Below, in pieces: positions 39,516 through 50,115 of a DNA stretch of 64,000 nt. The first letter of the stretch is position 1. Every line of letters begins with the position of its first letter. The position numbers and the translations under genes are program-made. The stretch lies in assembly GCA_963790475.1 (NCBI GenBank), contig CAWBOS010000010.1:1600001-1664000 (forward strand), in the 5' to 3' direction. The notes below the pieces were generated by a model. That model was not told where the DNA came from and did no database searches. It saw only the letters and a list, made by a program, of their open reading frames with translations. This stretch comes from an uncultured delta proteobacterium (lineage in GTDB: Bacteria > Desulfobacterota > RBG-13-43-22).

Positions 39516-41441
39516 CTAAGCTAAACCCTTCCGAATATCCAGATCCGCGGCGATATCATCCAGTCCGAGTTGGTGAAGTTTTTCTTTGGTCTGCAACCCG
39601 GAACCCGGGTTCCAACCGCGCAATCGGTAATACTCGGTCTTCATGGACTCGAATTGTTCCCGGTCAACCACTGCCCCTTTTCTGCTGATCGTTTCGCCCC
39701 CCTTTCCGGGGGCCAAACATTCCGGATTCAGGAAAGTCTCTTTCAAGGGTATTGTGTAAAACATCTCATGGATACGGTCGGCCTGTCTCCCCATATGACC
39801 TTCCCGGGTCAGAATGGCTCTCTGCAAATTGAATATGCGCTCACCGGTTTGATTCAAACCCGCTTCATCCGTTTCCCTGCCGGTCACCGCCGAGTAGATC
39901 CGGCTCTCCAGCGCCGGATCGCCTTTGTGATCTTCCGAGCAAACCACATCGGTGATCGGCCAGGAAAAATCGCAGAGGATCAGGCTTTCCTTGGCATATT
40001 CCCGGTCTTGGACTAATTTGGCTGCCAGGGCTTTCCCGTTGTAGGTGGAAAAATCAGCCCCTTCTTCACTGCCCCAGAATGTCTTAGCTATCCAGCGGAC
40101 CAGATCGGTGGACATATAAGCCTCCGGATTACCCCCCAACCAACTCACCCATTTGAGGACAGGGCTCCTGACGGCATGAAGCTGCTGAATCGGCTGGCGT
40201 GGTTCGGTGGCATAAAATATTCCAGTGGTGATATACATTCGGGGACAATAGGCCGGACCGTGGTCGGCGATGGAAATCTGGTCGGCAATCAACTCCGGGG
40301 CCCCCTGCCCTATTATTTCAGCGGCCCGGGTTGTGCCCTGGGCCAGGATATCGCCGATGCCTTCCCGGAAAGAAATCTTTTTGGCCAGGGCTTCGATGAA
40401 TTCGAGGCTGCCGATTTGAGCCAGAGGCAGGCCGGTGTTTTCTTCAGTGAATATTCCTGCCCGGTGACCGCGAAAGAGCAAAGTGACGATCGAATCCATA
40501 ACCATGGTGTCAAACCCGTAGCTGTCGGCGATTCGGTTGGCAAAGAAAGGAACTTCAGTGCGTTCTCCAAAGAATTTCCAGGCTGCCTGGGCGTAGTACA
40601 TAGAAGACTGACACATGGTTTTACCCCGGGTGCCGTCTTTCGCTTGATAAATCAAACGACCGGTACAGGCCCCTATGCAACCAAAGCAGGCCTGCCTTCT
40701 CAATCCCGACCCTTCCGGCATGAGCTTTTCCAATGTTCCGGGTTTGAGTTTTTTCAGTTCTCTCACGTAGCCGACCAGTTCCCGCAACTTTTCCGGGTGG
40801 GCAGCTTTGATGCTTTGGTCCCCTTGAACCACGATGGCTTTCAGCTTTTTTGAGCCCATCACGGCACCAAACCCGCTGGAACCACTGGCATCGTTGTCTG
40901 CCAAAAGACCGGCAAAAGCGACTTGATTGTCTCCGGCCGGTCCGGTGGCCAGAACCCTCGTCTCCTGGCCCAAGGTCTCTTTAACGGCTTGGCGGACTTC
41001 CACCGCGCTTTTCAGCCACAGCCGGGAGGCATCCTTGATTTCAACTTTATCGTTGCGGATAGAGATATAAACCGGTTTGTCGGAAACCCCTTCCACAATT
41101 AATCCGTCATAACCGGCAAATTTTAAATGAGCCCCCCACTGGCCCCCCATGTTGGAATAACTGAAGGTGTGAGGATCGGCCGATGGAGACTTCGCACACA
41201 CCTGCCAGCGTGAACCTGATAAGCCCCCGAAACCGGCCAAAGGTCCGGTAACGAAGATCAGGCAGTTTTGAGGATGAAAGGCATCCACTTCCGGTGGCAC
41301 CAGGTCCCAATAGATTTTAGCGGCCAGACCTCGACCGCCGATAAAACGGTCCACGTATTGGGCCGTGGGAAGATGACTGATTTGTCCCGTGGATAAATTA
41401 ATCCTCAAGACCTTTCCGGCATAACCATATTCGTTTTCCAC
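39516..41441 (-). CDS. aor: Tungsten-dependent aldehyde:ferredoxin oxidoreductase family
   Basis: GYAGKVLRINL, GGRGLA, AKSP, LKFAGYDG, GAVMGSKKLKAI, CFGCIGAC, EYYRLRGW. Confidence 0.9.
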   Translation of the reverse strand: MENEYGYAGKVLRINLSTGQISHLPTAQYVDRFIGGRGLAAKIYWDLVPPEVDAFHPQNCLIFVTGPLAGFGGLSGSRWQVCAKSPSADPHTFSYSNMGGQWGAHLKFAGYDGLIVEGVSDKPVYISIRNDKVEIKDASRLWLKSAVEVRQAVKETLGQETRVLATGPAGDNQVAFAGLLADNDASGSSGFGAVMGSKKLKAIVVQGDQSIKAAHPEKLRELVGYVRELKKLKPGTLEKLMPEGSGLRRQACFGCIGACTGRLIYQAKDGTRGKTMCQSSMYYAQAAWKFFGERTEVPFFANRIADSYGFDTMVMDSIVTLLFRGHRAGIFTEENTGLPLAQIGSLEFIEALAKKISFREGIGDILAQGTTRAAEIIGQGAPELIADQISIADHGPAYCPRMYITTGIFYATEPRQPIQQLHAVRSPVLKWVSWLGGNPEAYMSTDLVRWIAKTFWGSEEGADFSTYNGKALAAKLVQDREYAKESLILCDFSWPITDVVCSEDHKGDPALESRIYSAVTGRETDEAGLNQTGERIFNLQRAILTREGHMGRQADRIHEMFYTIPLKETFLNPECLAPGKGGETISRKGAVVDREQFESMKTEYYRLRGWNPGSGLQTKEKLHQLGLDDIAADLDIRKGLA

Positions 41442-41510
41442 AGAATAATCCTTTCAATTTACTATAGCGGACGATATAAATTTTTATCCGTAAAGGGCAC
41501 ACCCCTTGAC

Positions 41511-41578
41511 GTCATGCCGGACTTGATCCGGCATCCAGACAATTCAAAATCCTGGATTCCGGCTTTCGCCGGAATGAC
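41511..41578. repeat. Family A REP-like repeat
   Basis: GTCATGCCGGACTTGATCCGGCATCCAG..CTGGATTCCGGCTTTCGCCGGAATGAC. Confidence 0.8.
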
Positions 41579-41611
41579 AAGAATGGGCTCCAGCGACTTT
41601 TAATGAATCCG

Positions 41612-41881
41612 TCAACTCTCAATACGCTCCAATCCGAAAATGACCGTATTGGTATTATCCGGACATTGGAGTTCTTTTTTAAGATTGATCCAATCATTGG
41701 GAGAGGTCTCACGGCAATAAGCGGTCAGATAAGGAATAAGGGCCGGCAAGGCATACATACAAATCCCTTGGGGTCGGCCCGCTTCGATCATCAACCCGCC
41801 CTTGACATGAAAAAAATCACCGACCTTATAGCCTGCCGAACAATAACCTTTTACCGACTTAACGGTAAGTTTAGCATCCAT
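41612..41881 (-). CDS. TIGR04076-like small Cys-containing protein
   Basis: VKGYCSAGYKVGD, ICMYA, QCPD..VIF. Confidence 0.75.
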   Translation of the reverse strand: MDAKLTVKSVKGYCSAGYKVGDFFHVKGGLMIEAGRPQGICMYALPALIPYLTAYCRETSPNDWINLKKELQCPDNTNTVIFGLERIES

Positions 41882-41959
41882 AAGCCACCTCCAGTTTAAA
41901 TGACTTTCTTACATACTATTCAGGGGAAAAAAAGAAATCAAGAAATAAAATACCGAAAT

Positions 41960-42024
41960 CCTCCCCTCTCAAAGGAGAGGAAGCTGCCTCTCCCCTCCGA
42001 GGGAGAGGGTTGGAGTGAGGGGGA
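41960..42024. repeat. CCTCTCCC/GGGAGAGG-type palindromic repeat
   Basis: CCTCTC-AAAG-GAGAGG and CCTCTCCC-CTCCGA-GGGAGAGG followed by GGAGTGAGGGG. Confidence 0.55.
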
Positions 42025-42131
42025 AACGAATATTTCCTGTTTCGTGGCGCCTCAACGAGGTGGTCGGCATTTCCTCAAGTTGCTAACGAAGTATACTATC
42101 TCCGGAATTTCCCCGCCTACAACTACAACCG

Positions 42132-42277
42132 TTATTCAAAGCCGGGCGGAATGTTGAAACCCCCTGTCAGTTGTTCCTATAGCAACACGGCGAATTGAAT
42201 GGGCGTGTGATCTTCCAGATAAGGCCCAATAGTCTGAACACCTACAGGCAAGCCGGCGAGCATGAAGCCGATGGGGG
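42132..42277 (-). pseudogene. Amidase C-terminal remnant
   Basis: PIGFMLAGLPVGVQTIGPYLEDHTPIQFAVLL*EQLTGGFNIPPGFE; in-frame TAG at 42177-42179; rest of the gene absent. Confidence 0.7.
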
Positions 42278-42548
42278 ATAGATCCCTTATTTTTGATGTC
42301 TCTCAATGGGATCTCAAACTGTTGTCTCGGTCCGACCCAATGCCATTAACTTAAGGATAAGCACTTTAATTACAATAAGTTATCTTATTTTCTGACTTAC
42401 CCATCACTTCCCCTTTTTCCCTCAATCCTTTTTGTTTTCTCTGGATTCCCCGATTTTTTTCTTGACAAATGTCAGTTTATATAATTAGTATTACTGTAAT
42501 AACAACTTACTTGACTATCAATTCCTTATCCCTTAGGAGGCTCTTTCC

Positions 42549-42914
42549 ATGAAAAAAGAGGATCTTAAAGAAGTCCTTCTTCAAGTCATTGAACTTCAGC
42601 TTGATTATCAGTTACGGGCTATTCGCCAGCTTCAAGGAAAACCGGAGATTGAACCTGTCATTTCTCCTCGAAAGGGAAGAAGACGTCAGTCTCTTGTCGA
42701 TTTATCCATTAATTTACTTACTGAAAATAGGAAACCCTTACATGTCAATGATCTCGTCCAACTTCTCCAACAACGTTTCGGACGTCTCACCGACCGGGAC
42801 ACCTTGTCCAGTGCCTTGGCCAAAAAGGCTCGCCAGGGCATTCTGCTTAAACAGACCGCTCCGGCCACATTTTCTCTCATCAAAGGAAAGGAGAAAACCC
42901 ATGTCAAAACCTGA
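42549..42914 (+). CDS. Small winged-HTH protein inside the IS4 element
   Basis: SD AGGAGG; N-terminal coiled coil, then LLTENRKPLHVNDLVQLL..DTLSSALAK..APATFSL (HARE-HTH-like). Confidence 0.65.
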   Translation: MKKEDLKEVLLQVIELQLDYQLRAIRQLQGKPEIEPVISPRKGRRRQSLVDLSINLLTENRKPLHVNDLVQLLQQRFGRLTDRDTLSSALAKKARQGILLKQTAPATFSLIKGKEKTHVKT

Positions 42915-44263
42915 TCTACGATTGCTTACTCAATGGCTCGATCCAGCTCTGGTGTCCAGGCTGGAAGACCGACGGTATCTGAAAAATGAATGGCGCCGTC
43001 ATCGCAAATTGGCCACCCTGGAAACGCTCTGGCTGATGTTGGCTGTGTCGTTGGATACCCATCGTTCCAGCCTCCACGAGATCCTCCGCTTGGCTACGGG
43101 ACATCTCGGACATCAAATGGTCTATTTCCGTGGCCGCTTTCTGCAAAGCCCGGGCCCGTTTTTCCCCTGGAGGCTTTATCCTGGGTTTATGGCGTCTCTG
43201 GTCTCCCGACTGCAAAATGCCTGCAAGGACCAACACCGTCGTTGGCATGGGTTGCGCCTGCTGGCCAGCGACAAGACCACTCTCGCCTTACCCGAATCAA
43301 CATCCCTTTACCAATGTTTCGGTGCCCACAAAGGCCAGCAGGGATTGGGGCCGATTGCCGTCGAACTTTGTTGCCTCTTTGATCTGATCAGTCGTGCTCC
43401 CCTTCGATTCGTCTTCGACAAAATCTGTACCTCGGAGCACAAGCTCATCCGCAAATTCATCCAATACCTTAAAAAGGGGGATCTGCTTCTGTTGGACAAC
43501 GGCTTTTACAACCACGCCACTTTCAACAAAATCCTCTCTCGGCAGGCCCACTTCATCATTCCCACTAAGACGACTAACCGTCCCCAAGTAATCCAAGCCC
43601 TCGGCCCAGGAGATTATCTTTGCCAGATCACCGACTCCACCGATAAAACCACTCTTACCGTCCGGGTTGTTTTTGTTTATCGAAACGGCTTTCGCCGGCG
43701 CCGTCTGGTCACCTCTCTTTTAGACCCCTTCCTTTTCCCCGTTTCAGAACTGGCCAATCTCTACCACCTGCGTTGGGACATCGAGACCTTCTATCGCGAT
43801 TTTAAGCACACCCTGAAAGCCACTTCCTGGCATTGTAAATCTCCCACCTCTTTTCATCAGGAACTCCTGGTGCACATGATTGCCCTGTGCCTCATCCGCC
43901 TGGCCATGCTCGAAGCCAGTTGTTTGGCCAACCTCACCGTCGCTCAACTTAGCTTTTCCCGTGCGCTCACGGAGACCCGTTTATTTTTAAAACTTTTATT
44001 GTCTACGGCCGAGGTTTTACTCTGGTCTTCCCTCTACGCAGCCTTTGTGCTATGTTGCTCTCGTCATCGTGTCCAATGCAAACCAGACCGGCACTTTCCC
44101 CGTGACCGACAGCATATATCGAAAAAAAAGCCGTGGCGTCGTCGAGAAACGCCGTCCAGGACGAAGACGTAATCCTGCACGTATGTATACCTCAAATCCG
44201 GATATTGTTATTAAATCCGAAACCATAAAGGATAGTAAAGACAGAGTTTTTCTCTTAAGTTAA
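42901..44263 (+). CDS. IS4-family DDE transposase (several single-base indels)
   Basis: LLASDKT, LLLDNGF, YHLRWDIETFYRDFK (YREK-like); out-of-frame SVAAFCKAR motif; stop TTAAGTTAA lies inside the right TIR. Confidence 0.85.
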
Positions 44264-44290
44264 CGGCATTAGGTCCGACCCCAATTTCAT

Positions 44291-45607
44291 CTACCCTCCG
44301 TTTATAGAAGAAATATATTTTTTGATCGATCGACATATTATTTCTATGGTCTCGATGAATTTCGATTCATCCGATTCCAAAAGAGTGAATCGAAAACCAT
44401 TGTAGGTAGAGTTAAAACCTGACATAAGCGGCACAACACAGATGCCTGTTGAGGCCAAAAGGTTATAGGCAAACCTTCTATCAAGCACCTTTTCCTTCGT
44501 AATAATGTCTTCAAAAAAATTCCTTACCTCATCATTTTCAATGGCAAGCGCCTCTGTATTGGTAAGCACTCCATCCTTGAATATCACACTCATGTAAAAC
44601 GCTCCATGGGGCATATTCACGACAAGTTCAGGAATTTTTGAGAAATGATCATAGGCGATCTCTGCCCGTTTCTTGTACTGTCCGCAACGCTTTTCAACAT
44701 AGGGATAGTAACGAGGGTCGCTCATAATGGTCGGAATCACACTCTGTGGAAGGGTCGTTGAACAAACCTCAAGCATCTTTGAATCGATAAGCGCCTTGGT
44801 ATAGGCCTTGAAATCCTGGTCTTTGTCTCTGTTATAGAACTCTATCCAGCCGCATCTCGCCCCAGGCCAGGGGAACTCCTTGGAAATGCCGCGCATACCT
44901 ATTCCGGGCACGTCTTCGATAACGGCGGCAAGCTTTTTATATTCAACGTCTCCATAGGTTAGATTGGAATAGATTTCATCCGAAACGACAAAGAGATTAT
45001 ACTTGCGTGCCAGGTTAATAATTTGCTTCATAACATCAACTTCATATACAAATCCGGTAGGATTGTCAGGATTGATGATAAGAATGCCTGAGATCTCGGG
45101 ATGCCCCTTGATCTTTTGTTCCATTTCATTAAGATCAGGCTGCCACCCATTATAGGGATTGAGCGCATAAGTAATGTAAGGCGCATCAGCATGCGCTGCT
45201 TCGGCAGACGAATGTGTCGGATAGGCGGGATTGGGGCCTATAATTCTCGTATTGCGGTTGAGATTCCTGTATATCATCGAGATAGCATCACCAAGTCCGT
45301 TAAAGAAAAGAATGTCATCCGGGGTGATTTGAATCCCTCCTTCAATATTTCGCTCATAGGCGATATATTCCCGCGCCTTCAGGAGTCCCTTGCTTGGAGA
45401 ATACCCATAGGTTGCATTCTCCGATACCGCATCGATAACATGTTTTTTTATCCAATCCGGCACCTCCTCGCCCTTCTCAACCGGGTCACCAATGTTCTCC
45501 CAAACGATTGGCACACCCATTTGCTGCACCTTTTGCGCGAGCGCAACAATTTCACGGATTTCGTATACCAGATTTTCCGCCCCGGGATGAACGATATTAT
45601 TCCTCAT
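44291..45607 (-). CDS. PLP-dependent aminotransferase class I/II (AlaA-like)
   Basis: YEIR, NIGDP, INPDNPTG, SDEIY, GISKEFPWPGARCGW. Confidence 0.9.
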   Translation of the reverse strand: MRNNIVHPGAENLVYEIREIVALAQKVQQMGVPIVWENIGDPVEKGEEVPDWIKKHVIDAVSENATYGYSPSKGLLKAREYIAYERNIEGGIQITPDDILFFNGLGDAISMIYRNLNRNTRIIGPNPAYPTHSSAEAAHADAPYITYALNPYNGWQPDLNEMEQKIKGHPEISGILIINPDNPTGFVYEVDVMKQIINLARKYNLFVVSDEIYSNLTYGDVEYKKLAAVIEDVPGIGMRGISKEFPWPGARCGWIEFYNRDKDQDFKAYTKALIDSKMLEVCSTTLPQSVIPTIMSDPRYYPYVEKRCGQYKKRAEIAYDHFSKIPELVVNMPHGAFYMSVIFKDGVLTNTEALAIENDEVRNFFEDIITKEKVLDRRFAYNLLASTGICVVPLMSGFNSTYNGFRFTLLESDESKFIETIEIICRSIKKYISSINGG

Positions 45608-45657
45608 ATTTCTCCTCTAATATCCATTGACGTCACTATAAGAACCTATGAACAGTC

Positions 45658-45768
45658 TGGGGTCGGCCACGAAAACCTGTTGATTATTCATAATTAATGT
45701 TCCGGAAAAAGGTAGAAATGATACTATTTTCTTTAAGATTAAAAAGTTCTCGTGGCCCGACCCCAATT
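45658..45768. repeat. GGGGTCGG/CCGACCCC repeat family D (inverted pair)
   Basis: TGGGGTCGGCCACGAAAAC..GTTCTCGTGGCCCGACCCCA; related single arms at 44272, 47080, 47801 and 55186. Confidence 0.6.
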
Positions 45769-45878
45769 TACAAAAACCGCGACATAAACCTTTTTTAAGG
45801 GCCAGAATTTACAATAACATTCATCATATCATAAAGTCCGCGTGGTCAGCCCCCCATAACATTAAATGTAACCTGGAA

Positions 45879-47006
45879 TCAACCAAATAATGGAGGCAAT
45901 GACTCAACCGGCACATGGTCTCTGGTTTTTTTCAGGGTAATGGCATCCGACGGGCAATTGGCGGCACACACGCCGCAACCAAGGCAATAATCCAGATTAA
46001 TGGCCATTGCAGTTTGGCCGGCCTCCTCCTTGGATTTAATCACTTCCATGGGGCACATCTCTACGCAGGTTCCGCAGAGAGAGCAAAGGTCGTCATCGAT
46101 CACCGGCGTAAAGTTGGTGTTTGCCGCTCTCCCCTTGTATCTCATATCTTTGATGGCGATTAATGCCCCGCAACAGCATGAGCAGCAGTTACATATAAAG
46201 GTTGCCGGCGCCTGCATATTCTGGGTTGAATGTACCAATCCGGCCCGTGAAGCCTTTTTCAACAATTCCATCATCTCATCAAAATTCAGCTTCCGTCCGA
46301 TACCCGCTTCAATCGCCTTCTCCGCAGCCTCCCCGGCACCCAAGCAGAAATTTTCTTCGGTCCGTTTACAGGGTTCTCCTGCTAATTTTGCCGCTGTTCG
46401 GCAGGAGCATTGAACCACGGAAAAAATGTCATATTTTGAAAGGTATTCTCCAAGAACTTCAAAAGGCAGGATTTGATGCTCCACTTTTAGGGTTTTATTT
46501 ATTTCAATGGTTTTTTGTGTAGGCTCCACTGCGGGCACAAAACGCCATCCCGCCTCTGGGTTGAAATTAGAAGGTTCTTTGATAGGTAATTCCAATCCCG
46601 GCGTAAAGGCCACTTTTAGCAGGCGGCGATGAGCTTCGGCAGCCAGCTTCATTCTTTCAGGGTCATCTTTTTCAAAAGTAAAATAGCTTTCAAAAACTCC
46701 CGGCAGGTAAGCGGAAATAAAAACATTTTCTTCTCTGTCAGAGGGGATTTTGCCTTTCATCACCATATCCATCCACAAAGCCCCGGCTTCTTCAATGGAT
46801 CTTCCAGCCAACTCCGCTGCTTTTTTGAGCGGCACTTTCTCCCAGGTTTTATTTAGACAACCGGTCAGAAATTCGGCTTCTTCCTCGGAATACATATTCC
46901 GCAACAGTTTGTCCGTTAATGGATGTTTCGGCAAAGGGGCAAAGCCTGGAACACTTGGGCTCAGCAATTGCCGCAGCTTTTCGTACGTCTCCTCTGTATT
47001 TGCCAT
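45879..47006 (-). CDS. 4Fe-4S dicluster ferredoxin-domain protein
   Basis: CSCR, ICNCCSCCC, CSLCGTCVEMCP, CLGCGVCAANCP. Confidence 0.88.
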   Translation of the reverse strand: MANTEETYEKLRQLLSPSVPGFAPLPKHPLTDKLLRNMYSEEEAEFLTGCLNKTWEKVPLKKAAELAGRSIEEAGALWMDMVMKGKIPSDREENVFISAYLPGVFESYFTFEKDDPERMKLAAEAHRRLLKVAFTPGLELPIKEPSNFNPEAGWRFVPAVEPTQKTIEINKTLKVEHQILPFEVLGEYLSKYDIFSVVQCSCRTAAKLAGEPCKRTEENFCLGAGEAAEKAIEAGIGRKLNFDEMMELLKKASRAGLVHSTQNMQAPATFICNCCSCCCGALIAIKDMRYKGRAANTNFTPVIDDDLCSLCGTCVEMCPMEVIKSKEEAGQTAMAINLDYCLGCGVCAANCPSDAITLKKTRDHVPVESLPPLFG

Positions 47007-47177
47007 TTCAGTCTCCTTCCCGGGTTATCGAGCCCTTTTTAATGTTTTATCAGCAATAAGTTCTTCTGGGGCCAGCCCAAGCCGACCCCCAATTAAACTC
47101 TTCTCACCCAACAGTTATTCTAAAGTTTTCCGTATATCTCCCCATCCGAAGAGGGTCTTTAGGGTTATAGTTAATAG

Positions 47178-47558
47178 CTAGAACATCGCGAAAACATGCG
47201 GACCGAAGATAATAAGCCCAATTATGACGGCACCGATGGCGGAAATCAATACAGCTCCCGCAGCTACATCTTTGGCTTTTCCGGCCAGGGGATGAAAATC
47301 AGGAGAAGCCACGTCGGTAAGAATCTCGAAGGCCGTATTCAGAGCTTCAGCAGTCCAAACGGCAACAATCGCCAGAACAATCCAGCACCATTCGGATTTC
47401 GCAAGGGTGAAATAGAAACCTAGGGCGGTAACCACGACCGTAGCAAAAGCGTGAACCCAGGCATTGTGCTGAGAAGCGAGCATGACAACTACGCCTTTAA
47501 TCGCACACCGAATACTTCTTAGCCTGCCTGAAAATGTAAGATTCGTGTTGTTATTCAT
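47178..47558 (-). CDS. dgkA: Diacylglycerol/undecaprenol kinase
   Basis: Three TM segments, EALNTAFE, AKDVAAGAVL. Confidence 0.9.
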   Translation of the reverse strand: MNNNTNLTFSGRLRSIRCAIKGVVVMLASQHNAWVHAFATVVVTALGFYFTLAKSEWCWIVLAIVAVWTAEALNTAFEILTDVASPDFHPLAGKAKDVAAGAVLISAIGAVIIGLIIFGPHVFAMF

Positions 47559-47888
47559 CGATTTGGTAGATGGTCATCCCTGGGGGAGCGGGATCAGGTC
47601 TATAATGTTTCACTTTTTCTATCCTTCTATCGTTTAGACTTCTGAAGAGATTTGTAAAGTAAAATTCCAGACAGTCTGTAAGTTATTGGCTAACGGCATC
47701 GCTGTTCTTCTTAAACCCATCTTTGGGGGAGGTTAAAAGATCGGTTTAAGGCCTTTCTAATCCCTTATTTTTATATCTTTCATTGGAATTTCAATCTCTT
47801 GTCCGACCCCAATTAAAAATTAAAATGGACCAATTAAAACAATTAAACAATGAAAACAAGAATGAAGCCTCAATGGTCTATAGAAGGA

Positions 47889-48437
47889 TCAGTGCCGGGC
47901 CGATAATCTGCTGGCCACCAGGCGTGCTAATTCTAGAAGCGCACTGACCGTCTCCGCTTCATCATCATCCCATGAGAGCGTCACCTGATAAGGCCCTTGA
48001 TAAAAATTCATGAAACCGTCTTCCAGCAGGGCCGCCATGCCGATCGATACCTTTTTGCCTTGTTTCCCCATCTTCTGTTTAAAGACACCCGCAGCGCCTT
48101 TCTCAGATGTCATTTGATAGATCTCCAGATTCATCAGTTTCCCGGCCTTATTGCGATAGGTCGCCATTATGGCCTGTTTGAATCCTGCTTTAATATAGAT
48201 CTCGGCACCACCGTTGATAAGTTTATACAGTTTAGTTCCCACTGCTGTTTGGGGCGTGTCGTCCAATTGCCATCCCTGCAGTTGAGACTTGGAGGGAAGC
48301 AAGTCGAACAGGACCTTGGCCCCCCTGGGATCTTCTGCCTGGCTGAAAACCGGAACCAAAAACAACCAGAGAAAGACGCCTAAGATCATGCCCACGGAGC
48401 TGGAATACACCAGTTTATGCCTCATTTTATGCCTCAT
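47889..48437 (-). CDS. Exported hypothetical protein (DUF6599-like)
   Basis: Signal peptide; LYKLINGGAEIY..GF, EIYQM..A.GVF. Confidence 0.6.
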   Translation of the reverse strand: MRHKMRHKLVYSSSVGMILGVFLWLFLVPVFSQAEDPRGAKVLFDLLPSKSQLQGWQLDDTPQTAVGTKLYKLINGGAEIYIKAGFKQAIMATYRNKAGKLMNLEIYQMTSEKGAAGVFKQKMGKQGKKVSIGMAALLEDGFMNFYQGPYQVTLSWDDDEAETVSALLELARLVASRLSARH

Positions 48438-48487
48438 TTATATATCGAAGTCTTCCGTTCCTTAAGCCTGATGGCTCAATCGATGTA

Positions 48488-49432
48488 CTAGGCAATCGCT
48501 TTGATTCGCAATTTATCAAGGTCCATTTCGCCGAGACCGTGCCGATAGGCATTGCCAATCATCAGAATCTCTTTCGGGTGACGGCCAAGGAACCGGCAAC
48601 AAAAGGCGTCCAAACTCACCCGATTCAGTGATGCCGCTATGATATCGGCCCTTCCCAACTTGCCCGGCCCGGAAGGGCCATTCTCGGTTAAAAACTCGGT
48701 GGCATCAGAGATGCAAAGATCCGGCTTGCACACGAGATTGAGGTCGGCGATGCATTGTGAAAGATGTTCGACATCGCCCATTGAACTAACCTTCTTGAGG
48801 GACCCGATATGGAAACGGATATTGGTGGAAAAAGGGCACAACCCCATCATGTTCTTCAAGGTTCCGGTAATATGCACGCCGCGATGCTGCTTGGTTTTAG
48901 CGATGTTGATAAAGACATCGCAGGTCAACAATTCCTTGCTCACCCTGGCCTGCTTGAGCAAGATTCCGCCGGGGATATCCCTTGGGACATGATCACCGCT
49001 TTCAGGCTTCAGGCTCTTAATGGCGGCAGCATATTTCCCTGCCAAAGCCGATCGTTCCCAGTAATTTTTATGCGGGTTTTTTAAGTAGCAAATCTCCTTT
49101 GCGCCGGCATCGAGGCACATTTGCATAACGGCCAAGGCAATATCCGGGTTGACCGACGCCCCGAAGTGCTTAAAGGGCGAATTCACCAAAAGCCCCACGC
49201 GATCCCCTCGGCGTACAAACGACGCTATTCCGCCCAATGGTTCCACAGCGCGAAGCGTATTGGCAAAGTAATCTCTGCCTTTCACGGCAACAACATCCGG
49301 TTTTAACGTTTGCCCAAGCGCCCCCGTCGGGGTGATTCCCATAAGACGCCAAAAGACGTCATCGCCCACCAGGGTCCCGGCGCCCAAAAGGGCGGCCTTT
49401 CTCAGAAAAGATCGACGACTTATTTTTTTCAC
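48488..49432 (-). CDS. Tat-exported DUF362 Fe-S protein
   Basis: SRRSFLR twin-Arg signal, KTKQH, TGTLKNMMG, NGPSG. Confidence 0.85.
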   Translation of the reverse strand: MKKISRRSFLRKAALLGAGTLVGDDVFWRLMGITPTGALGQTLKPDVVAVKGRDYFANTLRAVEPLGGIASFVRRGDRVGLLVNSPFKHFGASVNPDIALAVMQMCLDAGAKEICYLKNPHKNYWERSALAGKYAAAIKSLKPESGDHVPRDIPGGILLKQARVSKELLTCDVFINIAKTKQHRGVHITGTLKNMMGLCPFSTNIRFHIGSLKKVSSMGDVEHLSQCIADLNLVCKPDLCISDATEFLTENGPSGPGKLGRADIIAASLNRVSLDAFCCRFLGRHPKEILMIGNAYRHGLGEMDLDKLRIKAIA

Positions 49433-49481
49433 GGGTCTGGTCCTCAGTTATTATTAAAAAAACCCTTTTTGCGGTACAAAC

Positions 49482-49545
49482 CACTAACACAAGCGTCACC
49501 CGGAGCCGGCTGTTTCGGCGATCGGGTGCACGCGTTTGGTTAGCG
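49482..49545 (-). other. attC site (cassette 4)
   Basis: Minus strand CGCTAAC..GCGTGCACCCGATCGCCGAAACAGCCGGCTCCGGGTGACGC..GTTAGTG, overlapping the stop codon of the upstream gene. Confidence 0.85.
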
Positions 49546-50085
49546 GGTTTTCTCATCTTTACCCGTTCCGTCTACGTTACCTATGCCGTACTTGTGGGGC
49601 TCCATGTGCTTGACTTCCTCGGTATGAGCAAAAAGGATAGACGCCAGCAACGTTGTATTGATTTGAAAGAACGTTTTTATGTTCTTTATGCTGTCCATCG
49701 CATCCCTCGGCGGACTCGTGCTTGTCAGTGTTTTGAGCTGAAGGCATTTATCCCTAATACGCTGGGTCTCGAAATTGATACCTTCGAAAGAATGGGCGAA
49801 GTCGTTCCTGATGTTTTTGATAAGCTTCAGGTCTTCAAATTCACTTTGCTCTAGTAGACCTAAATAATAGGCGAGGTTGATTTTAGCGCTCATTGTGGAA
49901 AGGGGTGACATTCCATCAAATAAATCCCTTTCTACCGACTGGTGGTCAATCAGGAAAGCAAGAAGGAGTCGTTCCAACAGCTCTTCGAGGAGAGCGCTTG
50001 ATACTATCGCCGAAGCCCGGTCAGTTTGCTTAAACACCTCCTCAAAAGTCCGGTTCAATTGATCACCAAAACTACCCTCCGACAT
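49540..50085 (-). CDS. MtlR-like HEPN-domain protein (gene cassette)
   Basis: TDRASAIV..LEELL, PLSTMSAKI..AYYLGLL, IRNDFAH (Rx4H). Confidence 0.75.
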   Translation of the reverse strand: MSEGSFGDQLNRTFEEVFKQTDRASAIVSSALLEELLERLLLAFLIDHQSVERDLFDGMSPLSTMSAKINLAYYLGLLEQSEFEDLKLIKNIRNDFAHSFEGINFETQRIRDKCLQLKTLTSTSPPRDAMDSIKNIKTFFQINTTLLASILFAHTEEVKHMEPHKYGIGNVDGTGKDEKTR

Positions 50086-50115
50086 CGCAACCTCTTAATT
50101 GAATGTTTACCGCTG

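Larger units (their letters stand above)
42338..44271 (+). mobile_element. IS4-family insertion sequence with a passenger HTH gene
   Basis: TIRs CAATGCCATTAACTTAAG / CTTAAGTTAACGGCATTA (16/18 match); 9-bp DR GGTCCGACC at 42329-42337 and 44272-44280. Confidence 0.9.

Noticed and set aside
42589-42900. N-terminal extension of the 527-aa transposase ORF
   Set aside because: Overlaps the HTH gene; the ATG at 42901 has an AAGGAG SD
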